Numbered from the stretch's first letter, positions 9,409-18,032 are shown. The stretch is DNA of 64,000 bases from Steroidobacteraceae bacterium (GCA_036521075.1 DATDIL010000031.1:7961-71960), one strand, 5' to 3'. Notes: generated by a model from the sequence alone, not told the origin. Translations and numbers: made by a program.

Positions 9409-11574
9409 CTAGCGCTGCCGGCGTGGATGCAGAAAGTCCGGTTGCCAGTCCTCCTGGGCACGGGCAATGACATAAGCGTGGATGGCGGCGACCTGTTGCG
9501 GGGTCAGAAGATCCTTGAATGAAGCCATGCCGGCCGCCTTCATCTTGCCGCCGAGTACGATATCGTCGAATTGCGCATGCTGCTGCGCACTGAGATGCCG
9601 CAGATCCTTGCGGTCACTACCCACCGCGTTCTGTCCGTGACAGATGGCGCAGTTGGCGCTGAAAAGTCCCGCCCCTGCATCCACCAGTTGCTGTGGCTGG
9701 GTTTCGCTGGGGGGCTCCGGAATGGACACCGCCAGTGGCGCCGGTGGCAGAGTTACCCCTTTCGCATCCAGCGCGAACACCAACAGTCGCGCCGGGGCCA
9801 CGGAGAAGGTCTTACCGCCCGCATCCAGGCCGTGCACGATCGCGCTGTTCCAACCTGCATTGACCGCGATGTACTGGCGACCGTTGACGCTGTAGCTGAT
9901 CGGCCCGGCAACCGGCACCGATCCGACGGGCATCTCCCACAGCTTCTTGCCGTTGTCGGCCCGATAGATGGCGACAGTTCGCTCAATCGTGCCCTCGACC
10001 AGCAGGTTGCCCGCCGTGGTCATCGTTCCGCCGTTGCCGGGGTGTGCATAAGGAATGCGGAACGCTTCCTTCTGGCGCACGGGGTCCCAGGCCAGCATGT
10101 AGCCCTTATCACGCTCCTCAGCTTCCTTATTCAGCTTCTTGCGCAATTCCGGCTCATTGGCGTAGCCGGCGCCGATGGTGGTGCGGCCGAGGTTGAATTT
10201 GAATTGCCCCGGCGGCAATTGCGACATGACCACCCACTGCTCCATGGTCGGGATGTAGACCAGCCCCGTGAGCGGACTGTAGGACATGGGATTCCAGTTA
10301 TGTCCCCCGCCCGAACTGGGGGTCATCAGGTGTGGCTCTACCGTCAGGCGCGCGCCGGCATCCAGGATCGGCTTGCCGGTCTTCATGTCAATGCGGTGCG
10401 ACCAGGTGCTCGGTACGTAGCCATGTGCCGAGAGCAGCTTGCCGGTGGCGCGGTCGAGGACGTAGAAGAATCCATCCTTGGGCGCGTGCATGATGACCTG
10501 GCGCTTCTTGCCGTGAATCGTCAGGTCCGCGAGCATCAGGGGCGCCGTGCAGTCGTAATCCCACTCCTCCCCCGGCACTTCCTGGTAGTGCCAGGCGTAC
10601 CGGCCACTCGTCGCATCCACCGCGACGATGGAACACAGGAACAGGTTGTCGCCGCCGCCCGGACTGCGAAAATCCTCCGGATGCGGGGAGCCATTGCCAG
10701 TACCGAAGTAGACCAGATTCAGCTTCGGATCATAGACGATGGTGTCCCAATCGTTGCCGCCGCCGCCGACCTTCCACCACTGGCCGGTCCAGGTCTTCGC
10801 CGCCTCGGGCATGACCGAGTCCGAAGCGGCCCCTTCGGGCATCTTCGCGGGATCGCCCGGTACAATGTAGAACTTCCAGGTCCGCTTGCCGGTCTGCGCG
10901 TCGTAGGCGGAGATGTACCCACGCGCGCCAAAATCACCCCCGCCGTTGCCGATGACCACCTGCCCCGCGGCGATGCGTGGCGCACCGGTGATCGACAGTG
11001 GCTGACCGGGATCCAGGGTCTGCGTGCTCCACACCGGCTTGCCGGTCTTCGCGTCCAACGCAATGATGCGGCCGTCCAGGGCAGCGATGTAGATCTTGCC
11101 CTTCCAGGCGGCAAGCCCGCGGCTCACCGGTCCGCAACAGGCCAGCCGACCCCACTCCAACGGGATCTTCGGGTCATAGCTCCACAGGACCTTGCCGTTG
11201 GTGGCGTCGTACGCCGTGGTGATGTCCCACGCCGAGACGTTGTACAGGACCCCATCGATTTCCAGCGGCGTGGCATCCACGCCGCGATACGTGTTCAGCT
11301 CGGCGAACCACGCAAGCCCTAAGCGCGCGACGTTCGTGTCGTTGATTCGCTTGAGCGGGCTGAAACGCTGTTCGGTCCAATCCCGACCATGAGACATCCA
11401 CTGGCCGGGATCCTTGTCGGCATTGGCAAGCCGCAGTTGATCGACGGCCGCCGGATTGATCAGCAGTTTGGCATCCGCGCCGGGCGCGCTGCCGCTGCTT
11501 CGGGCCGGCAGTGCGGGTACCGCGAATACCATGACTGCGATTAGCATGCTGCGCAAAGCATATCCAGGCTGCAT
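9409..11574 (-). CDS. quinohaemoprotein PQQ-dependent alcohol dehydrogenase (type II, C-terminal cytochrome c domain)
   Basis: 721 aa with a signal peptide. PQQ-ADH hallmarks are WMSHGRDWTEQRFSPL, the vicinal-Cys pair (LACCGPVSRG) and W-motif propeller repeats. The C-terminal domain carries a haem c site (CAICHG). Confidence 0.85.
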   Translation of the reverse strand: MQPGYALRSMLIAVMVFAVPALPARSSGSAPGADAKLLINPAAVDQLRLANADKDPGQWMSHGRDWTEQRFSPLKRINDTNVARLGLAWFAELNTYRGVDATPLEIDGVLYNVSAWDITTAYDATNGKVLWSYDPKIPLEWGRLACCGPVSRGLAAWKGKIYIAALDGRIIALDAKTGKPVWSTQTLDPGQPLSITGAPRIAAGQVVIGNGGGDFGARGYISAYDAQTGKRTWKFYIVPGDPAKMPEGAASDSVMPEAAKTWTGQWWKVGGGGNDWDTIVYDPKLNLVYFGTGNGSPHPEDFRSPGGGDNLFLCSIVAVDATSGRYAWHYQEVPGEEWDYDCTAPLMLADLTIHGKKRQVIMHAPKDGFFYVLDRATGKLLSAHGYVPSTWSHRIDMKTGKPILDAGARLTVEPHLMTPSSGGGHNWNPMSYSPLTGLVYIPTMEQWVVMSQLPPGQFKFNLGRTTIGAGYANEPELRKKLNKEAEERDKGYMLAWDPVRQKEAFRIPYAHPGNGGTMTTAGNLLVEGTIERTVAIYRADNGKKLWEMPVGSVPVAGPISYSVNGRQYIAVNAGWNSAIVHGLDAGGKTFSVAPARLLVFALDAKGVTLPPAPLAVSIPEPPSETQPQQLVDAGAGLFSANCAICHGQNAVGSDRKDLRHLSAQQHAQFDDIVLGGKMKAAGMASFKDLLTPQQVAAIHAYVIARAQEDWQPDFLHPRRQR

Positions 11575-11786
11575 TATTTCTCCCTACCGGTTCATCCGCC
11601 GCTGCCTCGAACACGTCATCCGGCCCGAATACTGCCACATGTCGATCGGTTATTCTGCCGCCACGGTCGCTGTGGCGTTGGCCCGCCGGTCCTTACTTGA
11701 ACAGCGACGGGTCGATGCTTACACCACGTTGACCGCGTGGGACCCGTTGCCGCAGTATCACCGCAATTCGCGGCGGAGACCTTTGG

Positions 11787-12320
11787 GTGAGCATAATCGC
11801 GGTGACCGGTGCCACCGGTAAGTTGGGGCGCGCCACACTTCGGTTTCTTCGTGCCCGCGGCGTGGCCGCGGAGACAATTCGGCCGATCGTGCGTGATCTG
11901 GCCAAGGCACACGACCTGGTCGACCGCAAATTTGATGTCGCCTACGGCAATTATACCGATGCCGCCTTGCTGGAGGCGGCGTTCAGTGGCGTCGACAAGC
12001 TGCTGTTCATTTCCACGAGCGCGCTGGGGGAGGAGCGCATGCTCCACCATCGCAGTGTGGTCGCGGCCGCGAAGGGCGCGGGCGTCAAACACATCATCTA
12101 TACCAGTGTGATCAAGCCAACCGCAGAGGCCCGCTTTGCCGCAACTCCGGGGCACCTCCATACCGAGGCCCTTAGCCGCGAGTCGGGCATTGCCTACACT
12201 TTTTTTCGCAACAACCTGTATCTGGACGTCGTGCCGTTGCTGTTCGGGGGTGCGCTGGCAAGCGGTACGCTCACCCACTGCGGTGGCGATGGCCGTATCG
12301 GCTTCATCGCAAAATCTTAG
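11787..12320 (+). pseudogene. NmrA/YtfG(QOR2)-like NAD(P)-binding oxidoreductase, C-terminally truncated
   Basis: GTG start, then IIAVTGATGKLG Rossmann motif and LFISTS...HHRSVVAAAKGAGVKHIIYTS. The ORF stops at 177 aa right after GGDGRIGFIAKS, whereas this family is usually ~280-290 aa. A shifted frame continues RKILAAAASGRFSS and then also stops, and the remaining C-terminal ~100 aa are absent. Confidence 0.55.
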
Positions 12321-12395
12321 CGGCGGCCGCAAGCGGACGCTTCAGCTCCTGATCAGCCGCAGCGCACTGACTTGATGTGGACCCGGATTCTGCCT

Positions 12396-12522
12396 ATTGG
12401 ATCCCAAAACGTCACTGGCAGCCGATTCCGCCCCCAAAACGGCCCCCTTTTTGGTCAAATATCGACATATTGGGTCCAGACGGGGTCCTGTCTTGACAGC
12501 ATTGGATCCCAAGTCTCAAGAT
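12396..12522 (+). promoter_or_regulatory. putative ligM promoter/operator region with a 12-nt direct repeat ATTGGATCCCAA (12396-12407 and 12501-12512)
   Basis: TTGACA at 12493-12498 is followed 17-18 nt later by a weak -10 (TCAAGAT, 12516-12522). The second 12-mer copy fills the -35/-10 spacer. The two copies are 105 bp apart. An AAGGAA RBS lies 8 nt before the ligM ATG. Confidence 0.3.
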
Positions 12523-12573
12523 CGCGGCCCCGACGGCCAACCTAAGATTTCTGCCTCCCTAAGGAACCCGACA

Positions 12574-13977
12574 ATGACCATAAAGAGCCTTGAAGACCTG
12601 CTGCAATCGGTGAAGTCACCGGTGGACCTGCTGCGCAACTCGCAGTCGGGGCCCAACCAGTACCCGGTCGTTCCGCCCGAATACACCAACTGGCGGGATG
12701 AGCAGCGCGCCTGGCAGGAGACCTGTGTGCTCTTCAACCAGTCGTACCACATGACGGATATGTATGTGGAAGGTCCGGACGCTTTAAAGCTGCTGAGCAA
12801 TCTGGGCATCAACAGCTTCAAGGGCTTCGAGCCGAACAAGGCAAAGCAGTTCGTTCCGTGTAACTATGATGGCTACGTGATCGGTGACGTCGTGCTGACC
12901 TATCTGAGCCGCGACCGCCTGAACCTGATCGGTCGTCCATCGGTGCACAACTGGGTGCAGTTCCATGCCGAGACCGGTGACTATGATGTCTCGTGCGAGC
13001 GCGACGAGCGCACCGTGGCGCGACCGGGTCCGGTCATCCGCCGCACCTATCGTTTCCAGATCCAGGGCCCGAATGCCATGAAGACCATGCACAAGGTCTT
13101 GGGTAAGGCGCCTCCGGAACTGAAGTTCTTCAACATGACCCAGATCACTATCGCCGGCCACCGCGTCAACGCGCTGCGCCATGGCATGGCCGGCCAGCCG
13201 GGTTTCGAGCTGTTCGGACCCTGGGAGCATGGTGAGGAAGTCCGTCAGGCCCTGATCGAGGCCGGCAAGGAATTCGGCATGCATCTGGTCGGTGCCCGCG
13301 CCTACTCATCGAATACGCTGGAGTCGGGCTGGGTGCCCTCCCCGATGCCGGCCGTGTATTCGGGTGAGAAGATGAAGGCCTTCCGCCAGTGGCTGCCGGC
13401 CGACAGCTATGAGGGCAAAGCCTCGCTGGGCGGCAGCTTCGTGTCCAGGAACATCGAAGACTATTATCTGACTCCGTACGACATTGGCTACGGCGCATTC
13501 GTCAAGTTTGACCATGACTTCGTCGGTCGTGAGGCGCTTGAGAAGCTTGCCGCCAAGCCGCCGCGCCGCACCAAGGTCACGCTGGCCCTGCACGATGAGG
13601 ACGTTGCGAAGGTCCTTGGCTCCATGTATGGCAACAAGGGCAAGGATCGCTACAAGTACTTCGACTACCCGTCATCGGTGTATTCGACCCTGCCCTACGA
13701 TGCGGTCACGTTCGAGGGCCGGCCGGTCGGTATTTCGACCTGGATCGGTTACAGCTCGAATGAGCGCAAGCACCTGACGCTGGCCTTGCTGGACACCGAA
13801 CACGCCAAGCATGGCCATGAGGTCAAGCTGCTGTGGGGCGAGGAAGGCGGTGGCACCCGCAAGCCCACCGTCGAGCGCCATATACAGACCGAGATCCGTG
13901 CAATCGTCAGCCCCGTTCCCTACTCGGAAGTGGCCCGTATTGCGTACGCCCCTCCGGGCTGGCGCACGAAGGCCTAA
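12574..13977 (+). CDS. ligM: tetrahydrofolate-dependent aryl O-demethylase (vanillate/3-O-methylgallate O-demethylase, LigM type; aminomethyltransferase/GcvT fold)
   Basis: Internal ATG at 12574 with an AAGGAA RBS (track ORF starts at TTG 12397). By recall the sequence is near-collinear with Sphingobium LigM: LLRNSQ, PVVPPEYTNWRDEQRAWQE, FNQSYHM, GFEPNKAKQFVP, RFQIQGPNA, LKFFNM, LRHGMAGQPGFELFGPWE, YSSNTLESGWVPSP, GGSFVSRNIEDYYLTPYDIGYG.FVKFDHDF.GR.ALE, LLWGEEGGGTRK.TVE.H.Q..IRA.VSPVPYS. Confidence 0.85.
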   Translation: MTIKSLEDLLQSVKSPVDLLRNSQSGPNQYPVVPPEYTNWRDEQRAWQETCVLFNQSYHMTDMYVEGPDALKLLSNLGINSFKGFEPNKAKQFVPCNYDGYVIGDVVLTYLSRDRLNLIGRPSVHNWVQFHAETGDYDVSCERDERTVARPGPVIRRTYRFQIQGPNAMKTMHKVLGKAPPELKFFNMTQITIAGHRVNALRHGMAGQPGFELFGPWEHGEEVRQALIEAGKEFGMHLVGARAYSSNTLESGWVPSPMPAVYSGEKMKAFRQWLPADSYEGKASLGGSFVSRNIEDYYLTPYDIGYGAFVKFDHDFVGREALEKLAAKPPRRTKVTLALHDEDVAKVLGSMYGNKGKDRYKYFDYPSSVYSTLPYDAVTFEGRPVGISTWIGYSSNERKHLTLALLDTEHAKHGHEVKLLWGEEGGGTRKPTVERHIQTEIRAIVSPVPYSEVARIAYAPPGWRTKA

Positions 13978-13999
13978 GCAAGACCGACCGCTCGAATCG

Positions 14000-14034
14000 G
14001 GCCGCCAATCCCAAAGGTTGGCGGCCTTTTCTTT
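14000..14034 (+). terminator. rho-independent terminator downstream of ligM
   Basis: Stem GGCCGCCAA (14000-14008), loop TCCCAAAGG, stem TTGGCGGCC (14018-14026), followed by TTTTCTTT. Confidence 0.7.
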
Positions 14035-14318
14035 GCGGCAATCTTTTGCCAGAATTTTCCCGTTCCAAAATGAGTGGTTGTCCTACACGGAGCATAGGCC
14101 ACGCTTGATATCAAGGCGCATCAGCGTTGGAGACTACGCGCCGATGATCTCTTCCAGATCCCAGCTCCGCAGCGAATCACGACCGAAGCCTACGACGCGG
14201 GCGCCTGCCACACGGGCGCCTGCCACGCCCTGGAAATCGACTTTCGCGTTCATCGAGGATCAGCTGCTGCAGTTCTGGCCGCCTTACCGTCACGAGGTCT
14301 ACGACGACGCCCAGGACG

Positions 14319-15626
14319 CTAACGCCGCTGCATTCCCAGGGAAATCAGGAAAGCCAACGAGGCGATCGCCATAAGGCCGGTTGCACACCAGCCCAGGGCA
14401 AGCCAGGCACCGCGGACCGTGAACTGCCCCATCAATTTTTTGCTCATACCCAGACGCATCACCAGCACCATCAGCGGCGCTGCGGCAATGGCGTTCAGGG
14501 CGGCGGACCAGACCAAGGCTTTCAGCGGGCTGATGTGGACCACATTGGCCACCGCGCCCATCGCCGTCGCGGCTGCGATCGTTGCGTAGAACGCTTTCGC
14601 TGCGGCGGGCAGTCGCGATAATCCAACGGGCCATCGTCTGGCCTCACCCAGTGCATAAGCTGCGGAGCCGGCCAGCACTGGGACGGCGAGCAACCCGGTG
14701 CCGATAATCCCCAGGGCAAACAGCACGAACGCAAATTGGCCGGCGAGAGGCCGCAGCGCCTGGGCCGCCTGCGCGGCGCTGTCGAGCTGTTTAATGCCCT
14801 TGGCATGAAACGTCGCCGCGGCAGTTGCCATGATCGCCAGGGCCACCACATTGGAGATGCCCATCCCCAAGACGGTGTCCCATTTGATTCGCGCCAGCGC
14901 GCTGGCGCCCTGTGATGGCTTGCGTCGCAGCGGCTCGCGCACCGGTTCGGTCTTCGTGTCCTCGACTTCCTGCGAAGCCTGCCAGAAGAAAAGATACGGG
15001 CTGATCGTCGTGCCAAGCACCGCCACCACCATCAACCAGAATTCCATGTGCGTCGAGAAATGCGGCCACAAGAGTCCCAGCAGCAGGTCACGCCATGAGA
15101 CACGAACGACCATCAAGGTCGCAACATAGGCGAACAGTGAAAGGGTGAGCCATTTCAGGATTGCGACATAGCGTGTGTGGCTCAGGAATATCTGGCCACC
15201 CGCACAGATGGAACCAAAAGCGATCAAGTAAAAGGGCGTCGATATCGCCGGTAGCAGCAGGCGTGCGGATTCCGCCATCGCCCCCAGGTCCGCGCCGATA
15301 TTGCAGATATTGGCGACAAAGAGCAGCAGCACCATGCCATGCAGAAGCGGCGCGGAGTACTCGCTACGAATGTTCGCGGCAATTCCGCGCCCGGTCGTGC
15401 GGCCGATGCGGGCGCTGATGCCCTGAATGACAACCATCAGGGGAAAAGTGAGCAACATGGTCCAGGCCAGTTGGAGCCCGAATTGGGCGCCCGCCTGAGC
15501 GTAAGTCGCAATACCACTTGGATCATCATCCGCCGCGCCGGTAATCAGCCCCGGTCCCAAAATGCCGAGTAAGCGGGGTTTACTGGGTCCAACAACCGCG
15601 CTTGGCTCGGCAGGCAGATGTTGCAT
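14319..15626 (-). CDS. NRAMP (SLC11) family cation transporter with non-canonical metal-site motifs
   Basis: 435 aa and polytopic. The TM1 region reads GPGLITGAADDDPSGIATYAQAGAQFG where MntH has ...DPGN.... The TM6 region reads LGTTISPYLFFWQ where MntH has ...MPHNLYLH.... Confidence 0.8.
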   Translation of the reverse strand: MQHLPAEPSAVVGPSKPRLLGILGPGLITGAADDDPSGIATYAQAGAQFGLQLAWTMLLTFPLMVVIQGISARIGRTTGRGIAANIRSEYSAPLLHGMVLLLFVANICNIGADLGAMAESARLLLPAISTPFYLIAFGSICAGGQIFLSHTRYVAILKWLTLSLFAYVATLMVVRVSWRDLLLGLLWPHFSTHMEFWLMVVAVLGTTISPYLFFWQASQEVEDTKTEPVREPLRRKPSQGASALARIKWDTVLGMGISNVVALAIMATAAATFHAKGIKQLDSAAQAAQALRPLAGQFAFVLFALGIIGTGLLAVPVLAGSAAYALGEARRWPVGLSRLPAAAKAFYATIAAATAMGAVANVVHISPLKALVWSAALNAIAAAPLMVLVMRLGMSKKLMGQFTVRGAWLALGWCATGLMAIASLAFLISLGMQRR

Positions 15627-15839
15627 GCGTTGCAGTATAGGAGTGCGACGCGGTTCGTGGGTAGGTGAATGGCATGTTGCTGGACGAGGCTGCGCCTGCA
15701 GGCGCCGCGCATGCGCCCGAAGCTGACGCCCCCTTGGGAGGCTCTCCTACACTCATCGAGAGACTGCCGGCCCATGCTGTAGCTCACGGTCAGTCACGCA
15801 GGGCTGGCAGGCACCCGTCAAACCTAAGGAGTGAGTTCA

Positions 15840-16043
15840 ATGGGCATCAACAAGGACCAGGTCGAAGGCCGCGCAAAAGAAGCGGCAGGCAAAGTACAGG
15901 AAGCGGCCGGCAAGGCCGCAGGCAGCACCGGAACCCAGGCCAAGGGCCTGGGCAAACAGGTCTCGGGCGCCCCGCAGGCCAAATTTGGCGATGCGAAGGA
16001 GACGGTCAAGGATCACTACAAGGACGCCAACAAGCGCCCGTAA
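15840..16043 (+). CDS. CsbD-family stress-response protein
   Basis: ATG at 15840 with AAGGAG 8 nt upstream. MGINKDQVEGRAKEAAGKVQEAAGK...KETVKD is the typical CsbD repeat pattern. Confidence 0.8.
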   Translation: MGINKDQVEGRAKEAAGKVQEAAGKAAGSTGTQAKGLGKQVSGAPQAKFGDAKETVKDHYKDANKRP

Positions 16044-16122
16044 CTTCACGCAGCGGTCGGATAGGGCCCCATTCGCCGCTGGAGTGAATGGGGCCTTCGC
16101 TGCTTCAACATGCTGCTCCGGG

Positions 16123-16563
16123 ATGCTCACGAAGGCGCAACTGGCGGCCCAGCTCAGAAAACATGTTACGCGCGAACTGTACGACGATTCGGGACTCGTT
16201 GCGGGAGGTACGGCGATTTATTCACTGGCCGACCCGCGCGATCTGCGACTCACGCGCTACATCGGGCAAACATGCGCCCCGCAACGCCGCTTCCTGCAAC
16301 ACCTCAGCACGGCGCGTCTGTGGCTACCCGCGCAGGCGCCGTGGTGGGTCAAACAGCCGCGGCTGCGACCGCTCTATCAGTGGCTGCGTGACCTGTATGC
16401 CCGGGAGCAGCGACTGCCCACAATGATTATTCATGCCTGGGTCGAAACGAGGCGCGGCGCACGAGTGGCCGAGCGCGCACGGATTGTCGCAGCGCTCGCA
16501 AATGACCTGCCCTTGCTGAATATCGAGCGCGAACTGCTGAGCCGCCAAATGCCGTTGCTCTGA
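16123..16563 (+). CDS. hypothetical protein with a GIY-YIG nuclease-like N-terminal motif set
   Basis: Internal ATG at 16123 in track ORF 15985..16563. The motif string AIYSLADPRDLRLTRYIGQTCAPQRRFLQHL matches GIY...YIG...R..H, with a downstream Glu (VAERARI) and Asn (LLN). Confidence 0.5.
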   Translation: MLTKAQLAAQLRKHVTRELYDDSGLVAGGTAIYSLADPRDLRLTRYIGQTCAPQRRFLQHLSTARLWLPAQAPWWVKQPRLRPLYQWLRDLYAREQRLPTMIIHAWVETRRGARVAERARIVAALANDLPLLNIERELLSRQMPLL

Positions 16564-16571
16564 TTCACGCC

Positions 16572-17408
16572 ATGCATGACATCATGAACTGGACGCAGCA
16601 GCTGCTTTCAATGCTCGAACCGGGCGAGCCGATCGGCGCCTTCATCTATTTCGTGCTGTTCGTCGTGATCGCACTGCTGCTCTCACGCGGTCTGCGCGCC
16701 GCTGTGCACGCCGCCTTGTCAAAGGAGCGGCATATCGACCGCACCGCCATCAGCTTCCTGCAACAGATCGGCACCGTGGTGATCTGGATCATGGTGATCA
16801 TTCTGTATGCGCACCTCATTCCGCAGCTGCGCGCCCTGGGAACCGCATTGCTCGCGGGCGCCGGCGTTGCCTCCGTGGTCATTGGACTGGCCGCGCAAAG
16901 CACGCTTGGCAACCTCGTGGCAGGCATATCGATGACGATTTATCGACCGTTTCGACTGGGGGACGTGTTGCAGGTTGCCGCACCCACGGGCACGGAAATC
17001 GGGGTAGTTGACCATATCTCCCTCGGTTACACGACGCTTCGGGTACAGGATGGGCGATTCGTGGTCCTGCCGAACAGTGTCGCGGCGAGTCAGGTTGCGA
17101 TCAACCTCAGTCCGAGCACGGGACGCTGGCCGCTTTCCATAGCAATTCGCCTGAACCGGGATACAGACCTGGAGGCGGCCTGTGCACTTGCGCGCAAGGC
17201 TGCCGCGGAGGTGATAGGAGAAGCGGCCGTCACTGGCTGTTATCTGACCCGGGTGGATGCAACCGAGGCACAGCTGGAATTGCGATTCCAGGCCCAGGAA
17301 GCGGCCAGCCGCGACTCGCAGCGTGCCGCAGTCATTTTGCGCCTCAATCAGCGTTTCGCGCCGGACGGTACCGGAGCGGCCGCGACCCAACGCCCGACTT
17401 TCGCATAA
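16572..17408 (+). CDS. small-conductance mechanosensitive channel (MscS family)
   Basis: 278 aa with three N-terminal TM helices, then the pore-helix/beta-domain signature GLAAQSTLGNLVAGISMTIYRPFRLGDVLQV. Confidence 0.85.
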   Translation: MHDIMNWTQQLLSMLEPGEPIGAFIYFVLFVVIALLLSRGLRAAVHAALSKERHIDRTAISFLQQIGTVVIWIMVIILYAHLIPQLRALGTALLAGAGVASVVIGLAAQSTLGNLVAGISMTIYRPFRLGDVLQVAAPTGTEIGVVDHISLGYTTLRVQDGRFVVLPNSVAASQVAINLSPSTGRWPLSIAIRLNRDTDLEAACALARKAAAEVIGEAAVTGCYLTRVDATEAQLELRFQAQEAASRDSQRAAVILRLNQRFAPDGTGAAATQRPTFA

Positions 17409-17435
17409 CCTGCGCCCCTAAGCGGCGCAACATTC

Positions 17436-18032
17436 ATGGTTGATCCCTACTCGACAGGCACTGACCGACCCGCCAATCTGGATCAGAACATCGACCGGGT
17501 GCTCGAGGTGCGCAAGCGCGAGCGCGAGCAGCGCTCGGCAGCGCATCGGCTCGTCGATCGCATCAGCCGCATTATTGGCCGTCCGCTGTATCTGCTGGGT
17601 CTGTCCGGATTTGCGGGCGCGTGGATCGTCTTCAATGTCCTGGCGCCGCAATTTGGCTACTCGACGTTTGATCCGAGTCCGTTTCCCCTGTTGGACGGGA
17701 TACTGTCGCTCGCGGCGCTCATCACCACGACGGTCGTTCTGATCGCGCAGAATCGTCAAACTCGAATCGAGCAGCAGCACATGCACATTTCGCTGCAGGT
17801 CAATCTCGTGACCGAGCAGAAGGTCGCGAAAATCATCAAACTGCTGGAGGAACTCAGGCGCGATCTGCCAATGGTCAAGGACCGGGACGATCCGCAGGCA
17901 GCATCGTTCGGGCAGGAGACGGATGCGCTGCAGGTCCTCACTGCCATCGAGGAAGTCGGGTTGACGAAAGACCCCGCCGAGTCCGATGTATCACCGACCG
18001 GGGGTTCCCCTGCCGGGCCCAAGCGCACCTGA
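17436..18032 (+). CDS. DUF1003-family membrane protein
   Basis: 198 aa. FDPSPFPLLDGILSLAALITTTVVLIAQNRQ followed by a coiled segment matches the DUF1003 pattern (FDPYPF..LN...S..AA...P.I...QNRQ). Confidence 0.7.
   Translation: MVDPYSTGTDRPANLDQNIDRVLEVRKREREQRSAAHRLVDRISRIIGRPLYLLGLSGFAGAWIVFNVLAPQFGYSTFDPSPFPLLDGILSLAALITTTVVLIAQNRQTRIEQQHMHISLQVNLVTEQKVAKIIKLLEELRRDLPMVKDRDDPQAASFGQETDALQVLTAIEEVGLTKDPAESDVSPTGGSPAGPKRT

Noticed and set aside
9571-11322. 583-aa plus-strand ORF
   Set aside because: Antisense shadow of the PQQ alcohol dehydrogenase gene. It is Arg-rich and low-complexity with no motifs.
15627-15839. Looked for a Mn-sensing yybP-ykoY riboswitch or other structured leader upstream of the NRAMP gene / csbD
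   Set aside because: I could not find the conserved GGGGAGUAG-type core or a matching four-way architecture by eye. Only a short GGAG-GCT-CTCC hairpin is present. A covariance-model scan (Rfam) would be needed to exclude it formally.
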